From contig CM052817.1 in assembly GCA_028534125.1 (NCBI GenBank), positions 100,628,001 to 100,692,000 on the forward strand: a stretch of 64,000 bases of DNA, written 5' to 3'. The translations under genes were made by a program, and so were the position numbers. How positions within the stretch are numbered: the first letter of the stretch is position 1; each line of letters opens with the position of its first letter. The notes beneath the pieces are model-generated. The model saw only the letters and a program-made list of their open reading frames with translations, was not told the DNA's origin and did not search any database. This DNA is from Lama glama. Taxonomy: Eukaryota. Below, piece after piece: positions 37,477 to 51,152 of the stretch.

Positions 37477-40400
37477 CCAAATTTGTTCTTTTAAAAACTA
37501 GAATAATTATCTAGAATAACCATCCTATTTAGACAATACTGGATACCAAAAAGATAAGCATTCTTAGCAAAAACATGCACCCCTTCCCACGCCTCAAAAA
37601 AAAAAAAGACATGAAAAATGAAAGAAGACATTTCAATATTACCTAGAACCTGATTCTTGAGGAAACTTCATCCTTCCTCCTACTTTCAACTTGCTTCCAA
37701 GTTAAGTATTGTAACACCTCACACTGGTATGAGTAAGTTGATTTCTTTTTAACGGACACTTTAGATGCAAGTTTAAGGAAACTTAAAAATGTTCAGACAT
37801 AAATTGACAAAGGTCATCAAGCAGAGTAGAGGTAGAGTCTGATTAAATCCAGGCTGCTTAATGCTTGATCTAGGGCTTTTAAGAAAAGGCAGTTCCACTA
37901 GAACTTCACAAAGTATACTGACTATTTTACATGAAATACTGTCAAATTACAGATCATAGTATCTTCTATCTTTTATAACTAATCTTTTTTAAAAAGTAGT
38001 AACATTTCTGGTATTCACTTCCCTCCCTCCTATTTGCTCACCCCCCCCTTCAAAAAAGCTTTAATGTACACCATCCAGTGAAACTTATATCAGTGATTAA
38101 TTTGTTGGCAATCCACTATTTAATATTTCAATATATATGAAATTTAAACACACCCTTGACCAAATCTCATATGATACTAAAATCCGTATGTTCATGTTAT
38201 CAGTGTTCATAGAGGTTTTTTTTTGAGGGGGTGGGGGTTAATAAACTTATTACCTATTGAATAATAAAGGATTACAAACACTAGAGTTTAAATTATATTA
38301 CAGTCTTCCATACTTAGTGTTTTAAGTATCAGAATTTAGGGTAGATATGAATGTAGCACAGAATGATACTGGTGACATTCGCATCTTTCAAGAAACAACA
38401 AAGGATTCAAACACTAAGGGCAAGCATTTCAATTCATCACAAAGAAAAGCTGTCTCCACAGGTTTGACCATCATACACAATGGCAATTTTATGCTCAATT
38501 TCTTCTATAGCAAATTATTAACATAATTAATGTACATGTTTTTAGATGTGGTTGAAAGAACTAGCATCTCTATCCTATTAAGAACATAAACATGGTTAAA
38601 AAACATAAATTAGGAAAGGACAGAGAACTCAGTATTTTTATACATCAGGTTCTGCACAAAACATTTTACATACTAGATAGAGAGGCAGAGGAGTTGATGA
38701 GGAACATAGAAAGGGGAGATAATTTTCTTTCCTAATGAAAAAGCCCTAAGCAGAACTTTACAGCAGGCAAAATCTTGGGCACCCAAGTCTGATGGTTCTC
38801 TATACAATACTAGTTCTATTTTATTTTAAGCTTTAGTCTTAAATTTTTATACTTATAATCGATTATTTGTTTAAAAAGAAAGGCAAAAATAAATATTGAA
38901 ATAGAATCACTGAAAATTCATAATCTTGGCCATTAAGTTTTTAAATTGCAATGTCCTTAAATATTGCTTTAAAATAGCTAGTATGTTTTCAGTAGTATTT
39001 CTTAGAATTGGTCCAACTCAAGACTTCCTAAATGTTGTTATTACCTATGAAACCAGTAAGAAAGCAAAAAATCAAAAAGGCTACAAAACAACTCTAATAC
39101 AACTCATTAGGACAAGAATTTACCATAATTCCATGATCATAATTACAGTTAGGGTTTAAAAACTGATAAAGTTTACAAATGCTAAGAATATTCTGTGTCA
39201 CTGAGATGACACAGGATAATTAACATAAGCTGTTATGTTCTAGAGAGATGCTCTCATGATCAGTACAAAAGTATGTTGATACATATGTTGATGCTAAGCT
39301 AGGAGGAGGGAACAGAGATTATACTTCATTACATTGAAGGCTACTGGTACCAATGAATTTTTAATGAAATAATACATAATCTCTAAAATTTTCATGGGGC
39401 ACACAAATTAACTATAAAATTATTGAGGTTACCCAAAACTTAAAGCAAAGAAAACAAAAAAGAAAAATGTACTATTCTAATTTTAAAAATACATGCTGCT
39501 GCTTTAAGTGGCCAGCAGTCTCACAGCAACTCCGGGCGGCAATCATAACATCCATTAGAGAGCTCCACAGCTCAGAGCAAGCAAGCAAGCAAGTGGTTGT
39601 CAGTGCAGCTAGTAAATCACCTGATCCTATTACAAAATCAATTACTGCAGTGCATTTCCATTGCTACACAATCTGATGATGACAAAATGATATTGGATAG
39701 CTACTGCAAGGTCAAGAAAACTGCTAAGAACATCTTTAATTGGTCTTTTATTTTTAATCATTTGGTCCTAGTTATAATAAACCCATTTTAATTGTATATT
39801 TTTATCTGAAATAAATCTATGTAGTTACCTTTAGTTGCCTGGGACATTCGATGGACAATCTCTGTAACTGGTCTGATGTATTGCTACAAGAGAACAGATA
39901 GGAGCAGCAGGTCGAACGGCTCAACCTCTTCATTAAAGAAGAAATAACGCTGCAGCTACAGCCACACATTGATTTGCTCATTAGACAAGAATTTAACTTA
40001 AAAAATCAGAACTGGTAACATCCCTTATATACTCAAAACTGGCTAACTGCTTCATTCTGCAGCTCTCCGGCTGAAAGAAACACTGTTAAAAAAAGAATAA
40101 AACAACAGCTTCCCTACAGAAGATACCAGCCACAAACTCATTGCTAAGGAAAAACTCGATATTGAAACCAGAAGTCTCCTGGCTACTCTTATAGAAAGAA
40201 GGTAAGGTGCTTTAATATTTCGAACTGTTTATATTAAAGCCCAAGTACTTAATAAAGGAGCAGACTCAAGATAATATACCCCCAAATTATACTAACCACT
40301 CTTTCTGTCCTCCATCAGTTTAGATCTGTTTGCCTACTCCTTCAGCTCAGCCTATCCAACCTGTTCCCTCTGTAAATGCACACAATTCCAACAACCAACA

Positions 40401-42979
40401 GGAATGAGCCCCACCCCTCCCTGTCCCCATACACACTGTTCAAGAACCGCTCAATATCTGGAAAAGAACTGCTGCTGCATTGCTTTGAGAAACAACAGGG
40501 AGCAAATTACTGGACGGATTCTTTAACTTACCAATCAGAACTGCTGACCTTTTATGACTCTACGATTCAAGAAGCCCTGCCAAACGCTCACAGTAAGAAT
40601 AATCAACTGATTTTACTTTTATATTATAGATTAATTTATAGGATCGTTTTCAATCTTATTATTCAATCTAAAATACAAAAACATAGGCATAATTATTTTG
40701 TAATCAAAATTTACAGTAGCTAATAAAAATCTGAGTATTGCTGGGAGAGGGCAGGGCAGTGGTTGATATACCAAGTAACAAATTCCCTCTGAATATTGTA
40801 CTTAAACTTCAGAAATTTGGAGCAATAAAATTCTATGGCAAAAACAGTGGTGCAGATAATGACGGAGTAAGTAAAAAAGATAATCCAAGGAGGCACCTGC
40901 TATTACAAATGTTAGAAGAGCTAAAATGAGAAGAGGTATGTGACCATATAAATAAGTATTGACGATAGGTGAAAAGCCACCAAAAACCTGCCTTTTTGAT
41001 ACTAAATCTTCTCCTACCTGATTATCTGCATCTCATTAAAAAGATTCAAAAAACACAAGCCACCTTGAAAATATAAACAACAGTATTAAGTCTGTTAGAC
41101 ATATTCTAGTATCTTTTTTTACTTAAGCATCCACTTTTGCCAATAATGTATAAAGATATTTATGTACACCATATAATTACAATCCACATTATAATTTCCA
41201 GGACAAGAGAGGATCACATTAATGCAAATACTTTATAGTCTTCCTAAATAATCAGACTTCAAATAATTGTAACTTAATGAACATTCATAGACCAACAATT
41301 AGCAGTTTTTCTTAACGGCACCTTTTTTGAGGAAGATAGTCTAAAAACTAAAAAGAAATGCCTCGAATTAGCATGTGTATTTTAAAACTTCCTGTTTTCT
41401 GTGGCACTGAAAGGTTATTTGTGTATGCCTCATGCTCAATTTCTTCTTTGGTTTAAATTTAAAAAGAGTCAGTATTGCCTCTTCCTTCACCTTGCACTGC
41501 CCTTTTGATAGTCATGTTATACTTAAATCAATTTCCAGAATATCTATAAACAGGCATGCACTTCACATTGAATTTTTTAAAAACCTTTTGTAGATAAAGC
41601 CTATGGAAACAAACAAGCAAAATAATGCAGTAACCTTTTACTCGCCTGCTGGAGGTACTGTCTGCTGCACAGAATTTTAAATCCTCATCTGCAGATGCAA
41701 TTGAGCTGGTATTGCCAAGAACTCTGCTCTTCCTGTGCTGCTGCTACACAGCTATTCATCGAAAGAGCACCTTATGTGGAAAATGTGAAGTACTCTCGAT
41801 TTAAGTTTCTTATATGATTTAACAAAAGAACTTCTAAAATCTAGCTGTAGCTCTGTTGTGTCAGATTTTCAGAGGCATGTCAGACACGTTGGGGGAAAAG
41901 GTCTTATTGCTACTGATGCACTCCTCCTAGCAAATATGCAAGACTAGGAAGCTTAGAGAGGTAATGGAAAATTAATACATTATCCTAATGTAAGAACAAT
42001 GTACTGAGCATTAAAAACCTCATGAAGTTTATATTGTCAACAAATGTATAGCATGCCCATAATAATCTGAAGTTCTTATTAGCTTTGTAATTAACAAAGC
42101 CTTTAAATAAATCATTATGTCTAATATTACAGAAATCCATCAATAAAAATCCCCACCAAATGCATACTGCTGTTAATGAAAGTCAGTTATTTTACTAGCT
42201 ACTCAGCATCAATGTCAATTCTAAATAAAACCATGAAATAAAGAATCCAAAAGTGTAGATTACTACTCGTGAAATAACTTCATTTCCCTAATCCCTTACC
42301 AATACCCTCTGGATCTTCTATTAGTTATAACTGATATAGAATCTAAGTAATAAATGCTATTCTTGCTATTTATTATTTTTCCTTCCATGTCAGCTAATTC
42401 AATGTACTATCGATTCTTAGGTTGTATACAGATGGAGGCAGGAGGCAAATCAACAAAGATAAAGCTTTAAGAACTAACAGACAAAGAAACATAATACTAT
42501 TTAGGGGGAAAAAAGTTAATAGTTACATTCGTCTAGCTAAAGAAATGTTTATAAAGAGGTAAATACAATATTGCTCACAAATGACATTAAACATCATGAT
42601 TTTTTTAATAAATTAACTCCTTTTCAGAGTTGTGCTTTCCCTCTTAATTGCATGTAACTCTATCAAAAACTTGTTTTAAAAAATTTAACAATCTATTACT
42701 ACTAATTAATTTCTACGTCTCTAAGAAATAAGGTGACCATTCTGTTACACGGTATTCTAAAAGATGTGAAATCTACAAACACAACCCTGCAGGTCAGGGC
42801 ATCCTTCTTCAGTGCCCGAATTTATACACATAAGTAAACACATGCTAACTTCAATAATTCCCTTAAAGTAAAATCTATCAAGTAGGAGCTTATCTAATTG
42901 ACACTATCATATTTTTTTAAACTTTTCTTTTATTTAAAACACTACATTGCCACTTACAGTATCCTGTGAGAAATTATTC

Positions 42980-43476
42980 CAGCAGTTCTCAAAATTTGGA
43001 CCTTGGGGGTCCCTGAGACCTCTATAAGCCATCTATGAGATCAAAATTATTTTCATAATACTAAGACGTTATTTGTGTTTTCACTCTCAATCTCTCATAA
43101 GTATACAATAAAGTTTTCTTGGCTTCTAATACTACATGGCTTATAACATCCTAACAGATCAAATGCAGAAGCAGATATGAGAATCCAATTGTCTTTCATT
43201 AAGCCAGACTTTAAACAGATTTGCAGAAATGTAAAGTAATGTCATCTTTCTCATTTGTTTTGGGAAAATATGGCTATTTCTCCATTGCATGAATATGTAA
43301 TTACCTGTTATTTTTAAGTAAATTTAATAAATGAATACTTTTTAAATTTCTCAGTTTTACTTTCTAAGGGTAAACACTGAGAAATATAGCCCAAATAAAT
43401 CAAAGATCTTTGGAGTACTAAATAATTTCTAAGAGTGTAATGGGGTCCTAAAACCCAAAAATGTTGAGACTCACTA
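42980..43476 (+). mobile_element. Charlie1b-like non-autonomous hAT element
   Basis: cagcagttctcaaa...gggggtccctgagacc...tcaaaattattttcataatactaagacgttatttg...ggggtcctaaaacccaaaaatgttgagactcact. Confidence 0.85.
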
Positions 43477-43959
43477 GAAATTTTTGTTTACCTTTCTCCT
43501 TCAGTCAAAGCTTACAGTTTTGGTTATAAAAATGACTTCAGTAATTTTAAAAGCAGTGATTCTAAAACCTTTCATTTTAGAATATCAAATATAAAATGTT
43601 TCTGAATTTTCACTGACGTCATTTTTAATACTCAACTTGCAGCCACGTTAATTACTGAATACGATTATCAGCTATGTCTCACAGTACTGTTTAAAACTAA
43701 CATCTATTGTCTAAAAGTAGTAGATAACTGATAATTATGATGTTCATGCAGCAAGATATTAAAATTTATCTTGTGAACACATATATGTTGAAAAAAAGAA
43801 AATCAGCTATTAGGAAAAATGTGAGATTATGTATTTTTTAACATAAAAACAAATCATTAAGAACAGTTTCTAAAATTCACCTTGCCTGTATAAAATTACT
43901 AGTTTTAAATAATTTTTTCCTGAGAAGAAATACATAACCTTTAAGTAAATAGAGTGTGC

Positions 43960-44113
43960 ACTCCATACAGACAGATGTGGAATCCACGGAGACAGAGGGT
44001 AACTGTGCTACATCATTTACGTGAGGGACTTGAGCATCCACAAATTCTGGTATCTGTGGGGTCTTGTAAACAACCCCCCATGCCCATCCCCCTAGACACC
44101 AAGGGACAGCTGT
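43960..44113. mobile_element. TcMar-Tigger MITE fragment
   Basis: agggacttgagcatcc...tggtatctgtggggtc...gacaccaagggacagctgta. Confidence 0.8.
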
Positions 44114-44439
44114 ACATCTCAAGAAGGGACTGCTTTTTAGTAATAAATAGATAACTGGAGGGAGGGAAAACCTTCAAGACTACATGAAAGACAGTTAGAG
44201 AAATTACAGTGAAACAACAATTATTTAATAGCAATTCCTACTGCTGAAAATATGTTGACTATTTGCTATATTAAGGCTTTACAGTCAAAGGCGGGAAAGA
44301 CGGCTTCTTAGTCCTCTGAATTTTAATCTACTAGCCCACATTTTCCCGTTAAGTTCCACAGGGTTAATTTTCAAAGTGGTTTTCCTTGGCTCTGTCTTTG
44401 GCCAAACCCCATGCCCTCAATGTTCAAGAGCTTTAGTTC

Positions 44440-44640
44440 CCATTCAGCCATTCAGTCATTAAACTATTTACCAGGCAACTACCATGTGCTAAGCAGGTAG
44501 AGGTAATGAAGTAGCAATGAACAAAACAGAAAGAAACCCCTCCTACCTTTATTCAACTTACATTCCAGGAGGAGAAGACACATAACAAACAAAACAAATA
44601 TTTACTATAGCAGATGGTGATAACTCAGAAGGAGACCAAA
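44440..44640 (-). mobile_element. L2 3' end
   Basis: cattcagccattcagtcatt...tattta...ctaccatgtgcta...atgaacaaaacaga. Confidence 0.7.
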
Positions 44641-44794
44641 AAAAAAAAAAAAAGAAGGAAGAATGAAGTGGCCACAAAAAGCCTCATTTTTCTTATCAGA
44701 AACATAAATAATACTTTTAAAGATTTAAGTTTTTTTTTTAATGTTGGGAGAAGCAGTAGCAGCAAAAACATGCATTCGGTAGACAAAAAATTAT

Positions 44795-45350
44795 ATTTTT
44801 AAAATAAAATTTTCCATTATATATAAAAGTATAGAGAAGACTATAATGAGTCTCTATGACCTATCTGTCACCCCTAGTCAACAATTATTCAAGATATTGT
44901 CAATATTGCTCTATTTGTCTTTTATTTTTTTTGTTTTTATAAGCTATTTTAAAGTAAATCCCAGACATGATGTCATTCCCTTCCACCCATACACATCACG
45001 TGTATCTTTAATTCTGTCATTGCCCTATATAATCACAAAATGACTATATCACACTTGTCAAATTAAGTTTCCATGGTATTAACTAATAGCAGCCAATATT
45101 CAAAATTTCCAAGACTACCTCAAAAATGTCTATTCTAGGTAATATGATCAAAACAGAACCTAAAAAGAACTACTCTTTGTATGTCCTGCTTATGTTTCTG
45201 ACATCTCTTTCATTTAAGAGCAACTCCCCAGGCCCCTTTTTCATGCCACTGACTCGCAGAAACCACGCTAGCTGTCTCGTATCCTGAAATTATATGCTTC
45301 TTCATTATGTCACTTACTTTGTACTCCCATCTTTCCTATTTTCTACAAAT
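44795..45350 (-). mobile_element. Old L1 3' end
   Basis: aaaagtatagagaa...tattttaaagtaaatcccagacatgatgtcatt. Confidence 0.65.
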
Positions 45351-46274
45351 AATTTTGGCTAATATCTATTTCAAATTCCAAACTCAACAGAAATACTAGA
45401 GATTTAGGTGGCAGACACAGGAGTCCTTCTAACTCCAGAAAATCAAACAGCAATTTAAGTCTATTGGTAATTTTTGACCACTTGTTGAAATTAATTTGAA
45501 ACATTTAACATGGTGCAATAGCTCTGAGAAGACAGAAGAGGGAACTATAATATTCAGAAATTCCACGTTTCAATAGCCTCTAACTTTTGTTTTAAATTTA
45601 AAGACTGATTTTCAGCTTGCCAATGGTTAAAAATATAGAAATGATTACTGCCTTATATATCCTCCTCCCAAAAACAAAACAAAATAAACAAAAAACCCTA
45701 GAATCCAGAAGGAAAAGATCTGGAAGAACAGGGTGAATGCACAGTCTTCATTTATTTATAAGTTGTATCACACTAATTAATGATAAACATTAACAAAAGT
45801 TACCATTTAAAAGTATTCTATGAAACAATGCACTTCCACTTTCTAAATAATTTTCTTCAATAATAAATAAGCATATATATATAACCAATATATGTGCTTT
45901 ACAATAACCATTTTAGCCCAAAATATAAGTTCAAAATCAGTTTTTAAAAATAGTTTCCTTGAAGCCATTAGGAAAATCCAGAAATTAAAGGTTTTAAAGC
46001 AAGTTATTTTTATGTGTCTATGTATTCAAAGGGAAACTGCAAAAAGACTTTAGTGATAATAACATGTCGAGAATAAGTGCATATATATATTTTTTTCTAA
46101 GATGTTTGCTCTGAAGAATACTGATACTTTATTAATATGCAAATTTTATTTATATAAAAATACAAATCTGTCACTTTAATTAAAACCAAAGTACTTTATG
46201 CAAGCACACAAAAGAAGAGTAAAGTGTACACATAAATGACTGTTACCATACCAAGGCAAGAGAGAATAGAGGCA

Positions 46275-47135
46275 GCTACGTAATTACAGGGCAGAATTCC
46301 GGTCAGCTTTCTGTTACCAGCTGACAAAGAGCCCCTTTACTCCAGTGTCCAATAACGTGGTCCTTTCCTTTTGTGCCATCAAAGTTCGTATTTCCACCAA
46401 AATTCTGTTTATAATGATTTAGGCATTTCTTTAAGAAGCTACAGGCTTTCTTTACCATGTTCCTTACTTTCTTCTGAGTCCTCATCTTCAACATCTTTAA
46501 TGTCCATATTTATACCAACAGTACCTTCAAGACAATCTAGGCTTTTTCTATCATGCTCCTCAAAATTCTACCAGTTACCCAAGTTTCACAGCTACTTCCA
46601 TACTTTTAGGTACTTGTTCCAGATGCACTCCCACCCCTGTATTAGCTTCCTATGGCTGCTATAACACATGACTGCAAACTTGGCAGCGCGTAACAACATT
46701 AATTTATTATCATACAGTTCTTGAGGTCAGAAGTCCACAATTGGTTTCAGTGGGCTAAAAATCAAGGTGTTAGCAGGCCAGTGTTCTTTCTAAAGGCTCT
46801 AGTAGAAAACCTGTTTCCTGGCCTTTTCTAACTTCAGAAAGCTGTGTGAATTTCCTTAGCTCCTGGTCCTTTCCTCAGTCTTCAAAGTCCACCATTCTGA
46901 TCTCTACTTCAGTCTCCCATTTCTTTCTTCTGCCCTGATCTTCTCATCTCCGTCTTTAAGGAGTCTGATTAAACTAGGCCCACCTGGATAATTCCAGATA
47001 AACACCCCATCTCAAGACCCTTAACTTAATCACATATGAAAAGTTTCTTCAGCCACATAAACGAATACATTCACAGGTTTTAGAAATTAGGACATGACAT
47101 CTTTGAGGAATGGGAATACTATTCAACCCCCCACA
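46275..47135 (-). mobile_element. ERVL-MaLR MLT1-type LTR (46638-47135) plus adjacent internal sequence
   Basis: tgtattagcttcctatggctgctataac...aggtcagaagtcc...ccttaacttaatcacat...attcaacccccca; MaLR-internal-like sequence at 46275-46637. Confidence 0.85.
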
Positions 47136-47139
47136 ATAT

Positions 47140-47850
47140 ATCACAAAAAGCATGAAATACAAAAGAAAAAATATAAACTCACCTTCATCAAAATAAAAAA
47201 CTTTTGAACTTCAATAGATACAGCTAAAATATGAAAAGGCAAAGCCACAAACTGGGAAAAATCTCCAAACAGTTATCCAAAGGACTCGTATCTCGTTTCT
47301 TATAAAGATAATCATATACCCACTATATGACTCCGCTACTTCACTCAGAGGGAAAATGAAGGCCCATGTTCACATAAAAAACTTCACACAAATATCTGTA
47401 GCCAATCTGTAATAGCCAAAAACTGCTAACAACCCAATGTGGCAACAGGTAAATGGAAAACAAATTGTGATATATCCAAAAAATGGAATAGCATTCCCTA
47501 ATAAAAAGGAACAAAGTATTGATAGTTCATAGAACAATATGGATAAATCTTAAATTTATTAAGATGGGGGAAAGAAGCCAAACAAAAGAGGAGACACATA
47601 TCATTTTACTTATACATAACGTTCCAGAAAACACAAACTAACCTGTATTGATAGAAAGTAAAATCTTTTTTAAAATGACTGCCTGGAAGGTTGGGGAGGA
47701 GAGAGAGGAATTGGAGAGTTATAAATAGGTTTTTGTATATACTCATTATCTTGAATGTGGTGATGGTTTCATGAGTTTATGCATGTGTCAAAATTCATCA
47801 AATTACACATTAACTATATCAAAACAAAATTAAAGTTTTTAAAGTTTAAA
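47140..47850 (+). mobile_element. Old L1 fragment
   Basis: ttcatcaaaataaaaaacttttg...aatagccaaaaactg...tatcttgaatgtggtgatggtttcatg. Confidence 0.8.
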
Positions 47851-48322
47851 AATTAGAACATGGAAAAGAAGCAGAGAAATTAAAATCTGAAACCTATTTT
47901 TCTGGCAGAATCTTAATAAACAGTCTGGAGACAAAATAAAGAATCTCAAAGACAATTCTGGGATGTTACACTGACACAATAAAAGATGTTACACCGACAC
48001 TATAGTATAATTTAAAATACATATAATATATACACTAACTATGGGGAGTCAGTGTTCAAATTGAATTAAACTGAATTATAGGACACCAACTGATGTCAGA
48101 GAATTAGTGTTGGAACACAGATATTAACTGTGGAATTTAGGAAAGATTTCCAGCTAGAAAGTAAAAGAAAAGGGTAGTGGTACTGTCTCCTGGATTTCTC
48201 CACCACTCTTATCCGCCCCAACAACATAAAAAGGAGAAAGTTCAGGAAACTTCTGTAATTTGATGTTTAAAATAAACTTTCTAAGCAGACTGACGGAGTG
48301 GTCAGAAACAAGCTTTACTAAG

Positions 48323-48420
48323 CAGGGAGGGTACAGCTCAAGTGGTAGAGCACATGCTTAGCATGCACATAAATAAGTAAACCTAATTACCTCCCCCCTA
48401 AAAATATAAATAAATAAATA
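48323..48420 (+). mobile_element. tRNA-derived SINE (camelid-like), internally deleted
   Basis: gggagggtacagctcaagtggtagagcacatgcttagcatgcac (A-box, tRNA-Ala-like 5' half), no B-box, A-rich tail, flanking tttacta repeats. Confidence 0.8.
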
Positions 48421-48762
48421 TGTTTTACTAGTGATGAGGCACATTTATTTTCACCTTCCAAGAGAGTGTCTAATAAATATTTGACTTGTCTTTTAACATG
48501 TTTAGCTCTCAAAAGGCAAAAAATATGTACCCACCAAGTCAACTAAAAAGAATGATCCAGATGTGCATGATCCAGCAAAACAGAGACACTAGCAGGGAAT
48601 CAACACGTCTGGGCTCCAAGTCAGACAAATCTCAGTAGGCAATATTCATTTAGGCAAATCACCATCTCATAAACATCCATTTGCTCATTTAAAAATGATA
48701 GACAATAATAATCTCACAATAGATTGTTACCATAGTCCCATCTCTGTGTAAACCAGCCCCAT

Positions 48763-48896
48763 TGGAAATGTAAGCTATCTTGATTGCGGTGGTGGTTTCA
48801 TTGGTGTATACATCTATCAAAACTCATCAAAGTGTACGTCTGAAATATGTGTAGTTCACTGTACAGGAATCATATCATAATAGAGGTGTTAAAAAA
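48763..48896 (+). mobile_element. Short L1-type 3' tail, near-copy of 23543-23674
   Basis: Ungapped alignment by eye over 132 nt, about 13 mismatches. Confidence 0.8.
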
Positions 48897-51152
48897 CACA
48901 CAAAGAGAGTCAACTGACTTCTAAAGGAAATGAACTGCTTACTGTGTGGATATGAAAGGAAACCAGGCTGAAAATCAAACGGACAAAGAAGGGAGGGAGA
49001 GAGGGCGAGCAGGAGGAAAAAGAAGGAGAAAGGGAGAGAGAGAGAGACACAGAAAGAGATGGGGGGGGCGGCAGGCGGGAGCTAGTAATTGGGAAAGCTA
49101 TGTTCAGTTTGCTATGTCTCTTCCATGGGTCACAGTAAAGTTTCAGCATGTGATGAGAGACATAAGAGCAATTCAATCTTTTCCACTTTGTAGCATAGCT
49201 GAAAGCAAAACCAATACAGCCCTAACATAACTAAACAACTACAATTAAAATGTTCCCCAAGTGGTGTGATCAACTTACGGAAACTAGGACGTAGGTACTT
49301 TTCTGCATATCCATACCAAGGTGCAGTGAAATAGCCCCAGGTGAGAGGTGAGAAGCCCTCTCCAGGAAGCGGAATTCTCCACTAAGTTAATAGCCAAAAT
49401 AGTATACCTAGTTCAGACTACAACATAACTTTACTACCTAAAATAGCATTCAACCTATCACTAATGCTGTAAGAAAAATAGTCAAGCCAGAAAGATAACT
49501 TCCGTATTATCATAGTTTCAAAACCATCAGCACATCGACTTTTTCCAATCAAGCTTTGGGGCAAATCTCTTTGAGGCAAATAAGCTACCGCAGTACCACA
49601 GCCAAATTAACTTCAAGAGCAGCCAAAACATGCTAAGAGCAAACTCAAAAGTCATTCCTAAAATTCTCTTTCTAGACGGAAGTTAATTCAGTTAACCCTG
49701 GTGATCAATGAGGAGTCACACCACAGACAGACTGCCCTTATATTCCTACAGCAGTGATTCTAAACCAAGGGGAGGGGCAGGGCAGGAAGCACAGTCTGAA
49801 AAAGTACAGCCAATACTATTATAAAACACCAAATTTCTTTGTGCTACAAAGTACAGGAAGTAATGCTTTATAAATCCCTAATAAGACCTTCTAACTGCCT
49901 GTGAATAACAGGTGCAGGTATGGGGAGGGCAGAGCCTCCTTCCATATCTGTAAAATGGAGCAGACTAATGGTTTTAACAGGCATTAAGGGAGGGGGAAAG
50001 GAAAGAATATGGAAAGAGAAATGGCCTAGGGCACTGACATGTCTATTTCTAAAAGACAGGGATGAGTTAAACTGTAAATTCTCATCAATGGCATCCCTGT
50101 TTACTAACTGAGATTCAAATGGAGAACCCTAAGTTATCTAAAAGTAAACTATGGTTATGGCATGCTACTTTTCAAAGAGCAAAGTATATTGATATATTAT
50201 CAAAATAGTCACATCAAAAATATTTTATTTATTTATTTTTTTACTATCTGGAACGTATTCTGTGGAATTTATATTTTATCATAAGGTTTTTAATCATACT
50301 AGAGCTAAAACTGCTAATTTGTAGAACAAATGGATTTGGAGAAGTCAGAAATCCTCAAAAGCAAGATCTGGGGATATAATATATATAAATATACATTATT
50401 ATATAAATAAATATGTACTACACCCATTCTGAGTTAAAGAAGTAACAATACTAAACAAACAGAAAATGGTTTCTTTATGTTATTCATAGTGTGAGTGATA
50501 TTCAATCATTTTCCCCTAACAGAAACTTCTGCAAATGAAATCTTACATAAAGTCCAATATTTAAAAGATATGAACAATATTAATGTGAAATTATTTTGTG
50601 AGTTATATTTACTTACATAAAGAGAATGAATAAAACAATGTGGCTGTCCAACAAATATAAAAATATGTAGTCATGAGTTTTTACCAGTTTCAGCAATTTA
50701 TTTCGGTATTGTTTCAATTAGACTATATCAAGAAGATCCTGATACATAAAGACAGGTACCTGAATAAGAAATTTCTGTAAGATATTTTGAAACATTTCAA
50801 TTCAAAGCTAAATCAATAAGTTTCCAACAACTGTTAGCTCCTTAAAAATGTGTAAAACTAAAAATACCCCTAAATTTTAAATAAGGCTAATATTACCTGT
50901 AGAACAATATGCTTGAGATATTTACTGATCTGTTAACTTACACAGTGACTATTTACACTACTGACAAAGCACAAAAAGAACACAAGAGCTGTATATGTAT
51001 CTGAGTCTTACCCACATTTAGCTGAGCCCACTCCCTCCCCTTGCCTATGCAGTAGAGTCATCATTCTTACGACTCTACCTACAGAATATATCCAGTGGGA
51101 AAACATCTTTTAAAAAAAACTTTGCGAGTTAAAACTGTCTTTCAAATGACAC

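Noticed and set aside
40376..40723. 115-aa plus-strand ORF
   Set aside because: No recognisable homology or splice context; its AT-rich 3' half is typical of chance ORFs.
41872..41891. p53-like site AGGCATGTCAGACACGTT
   Set aside because: Half-sites overlap by one base and the second core is mismatched.
47962..48003. 23-bp tandem duplication (gatgttacactgacac / gatgttacaccgacac)
   Set aside because: Two-unit slippage duplication among repeat fragments; not an array.
48323..48368. Possible tRNA-Ala gene
   Set aside because: No T-arm/B-box or acceptor 3' half; SINE tail and flanking repeats present.
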